A stretch of DNA of 64,000 bases from Octopus bimaculoides (lineage: Eukaryota), in the NCBI RefSeq assembly GCF_001194135.2, contig NC_068997.1:50381346-50445345 (forward strand), given 5' to 3'. Within the stretch, counting starts at the first letter, position 1. Every line of letters starts with the position of its first letter. Shown piece by piece: positions 63,914-64,000 of this stretch. The translations under genes and the position numbers were made by a program. The notes below the pieces were generated by a model that was not told the origin of the DNA, searched no databases, and saw only the letters and a program-made list of their open reading frames with translations.

Positions 63914-64000
63914 TAGTGGCAGTTAGGGTAATAGCATTAATTAATAATAGAAGATGAATTTCTCCTACTATTAATTAATACTATATATATATATATATAT

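Overview
AT-rich, microsatellite- and SINE-dense animal genomic DNA from a gapped short-read-style scaffold. The repeat families suggest a coleoid cephalopod, probably Octopus (inference). The ORF track is mostly uninformative because the real genes are spliced; I reconstructed them by hand from GT-AG sites and reading phase. (1) Minus strand: a complete 8-exon TMEM55/PIP4P1-2 gene (59579 to 27132, 792 nt, 263 aa) with a 23.4-kb first intron. A CLEAR-like TCACGTGA box and two small uORFs lie just upstream of its ATG, and its PPxY motif is changed to PLPY. (2) Plus strand, converging on it: a complete 3-exon Ly6/uPAR (three-finger, LU-domain) gene (11168-16325, 144 aa) with signal peptide, 10-Cys domain ending CNKDLCN and a GPI-type tail. 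A second, diverged copy of its signal-peptide exon sits 3.2 kb upstream, before an unsized gap. (3) The last 2-3 exons of an unidentified plus-strand gene at 1.66-3.06 kb. The rest is transposon-derived: several tRNA-headed SINE families, RTE, R4/Dong and Penelope-like fragments, piggyBac-like TTAA MITEs (some nested), and mariner, Merlin-like, foldback and Helitron-like remnants. No rRNA, genuine tRNA gene or CRISPR array was found.
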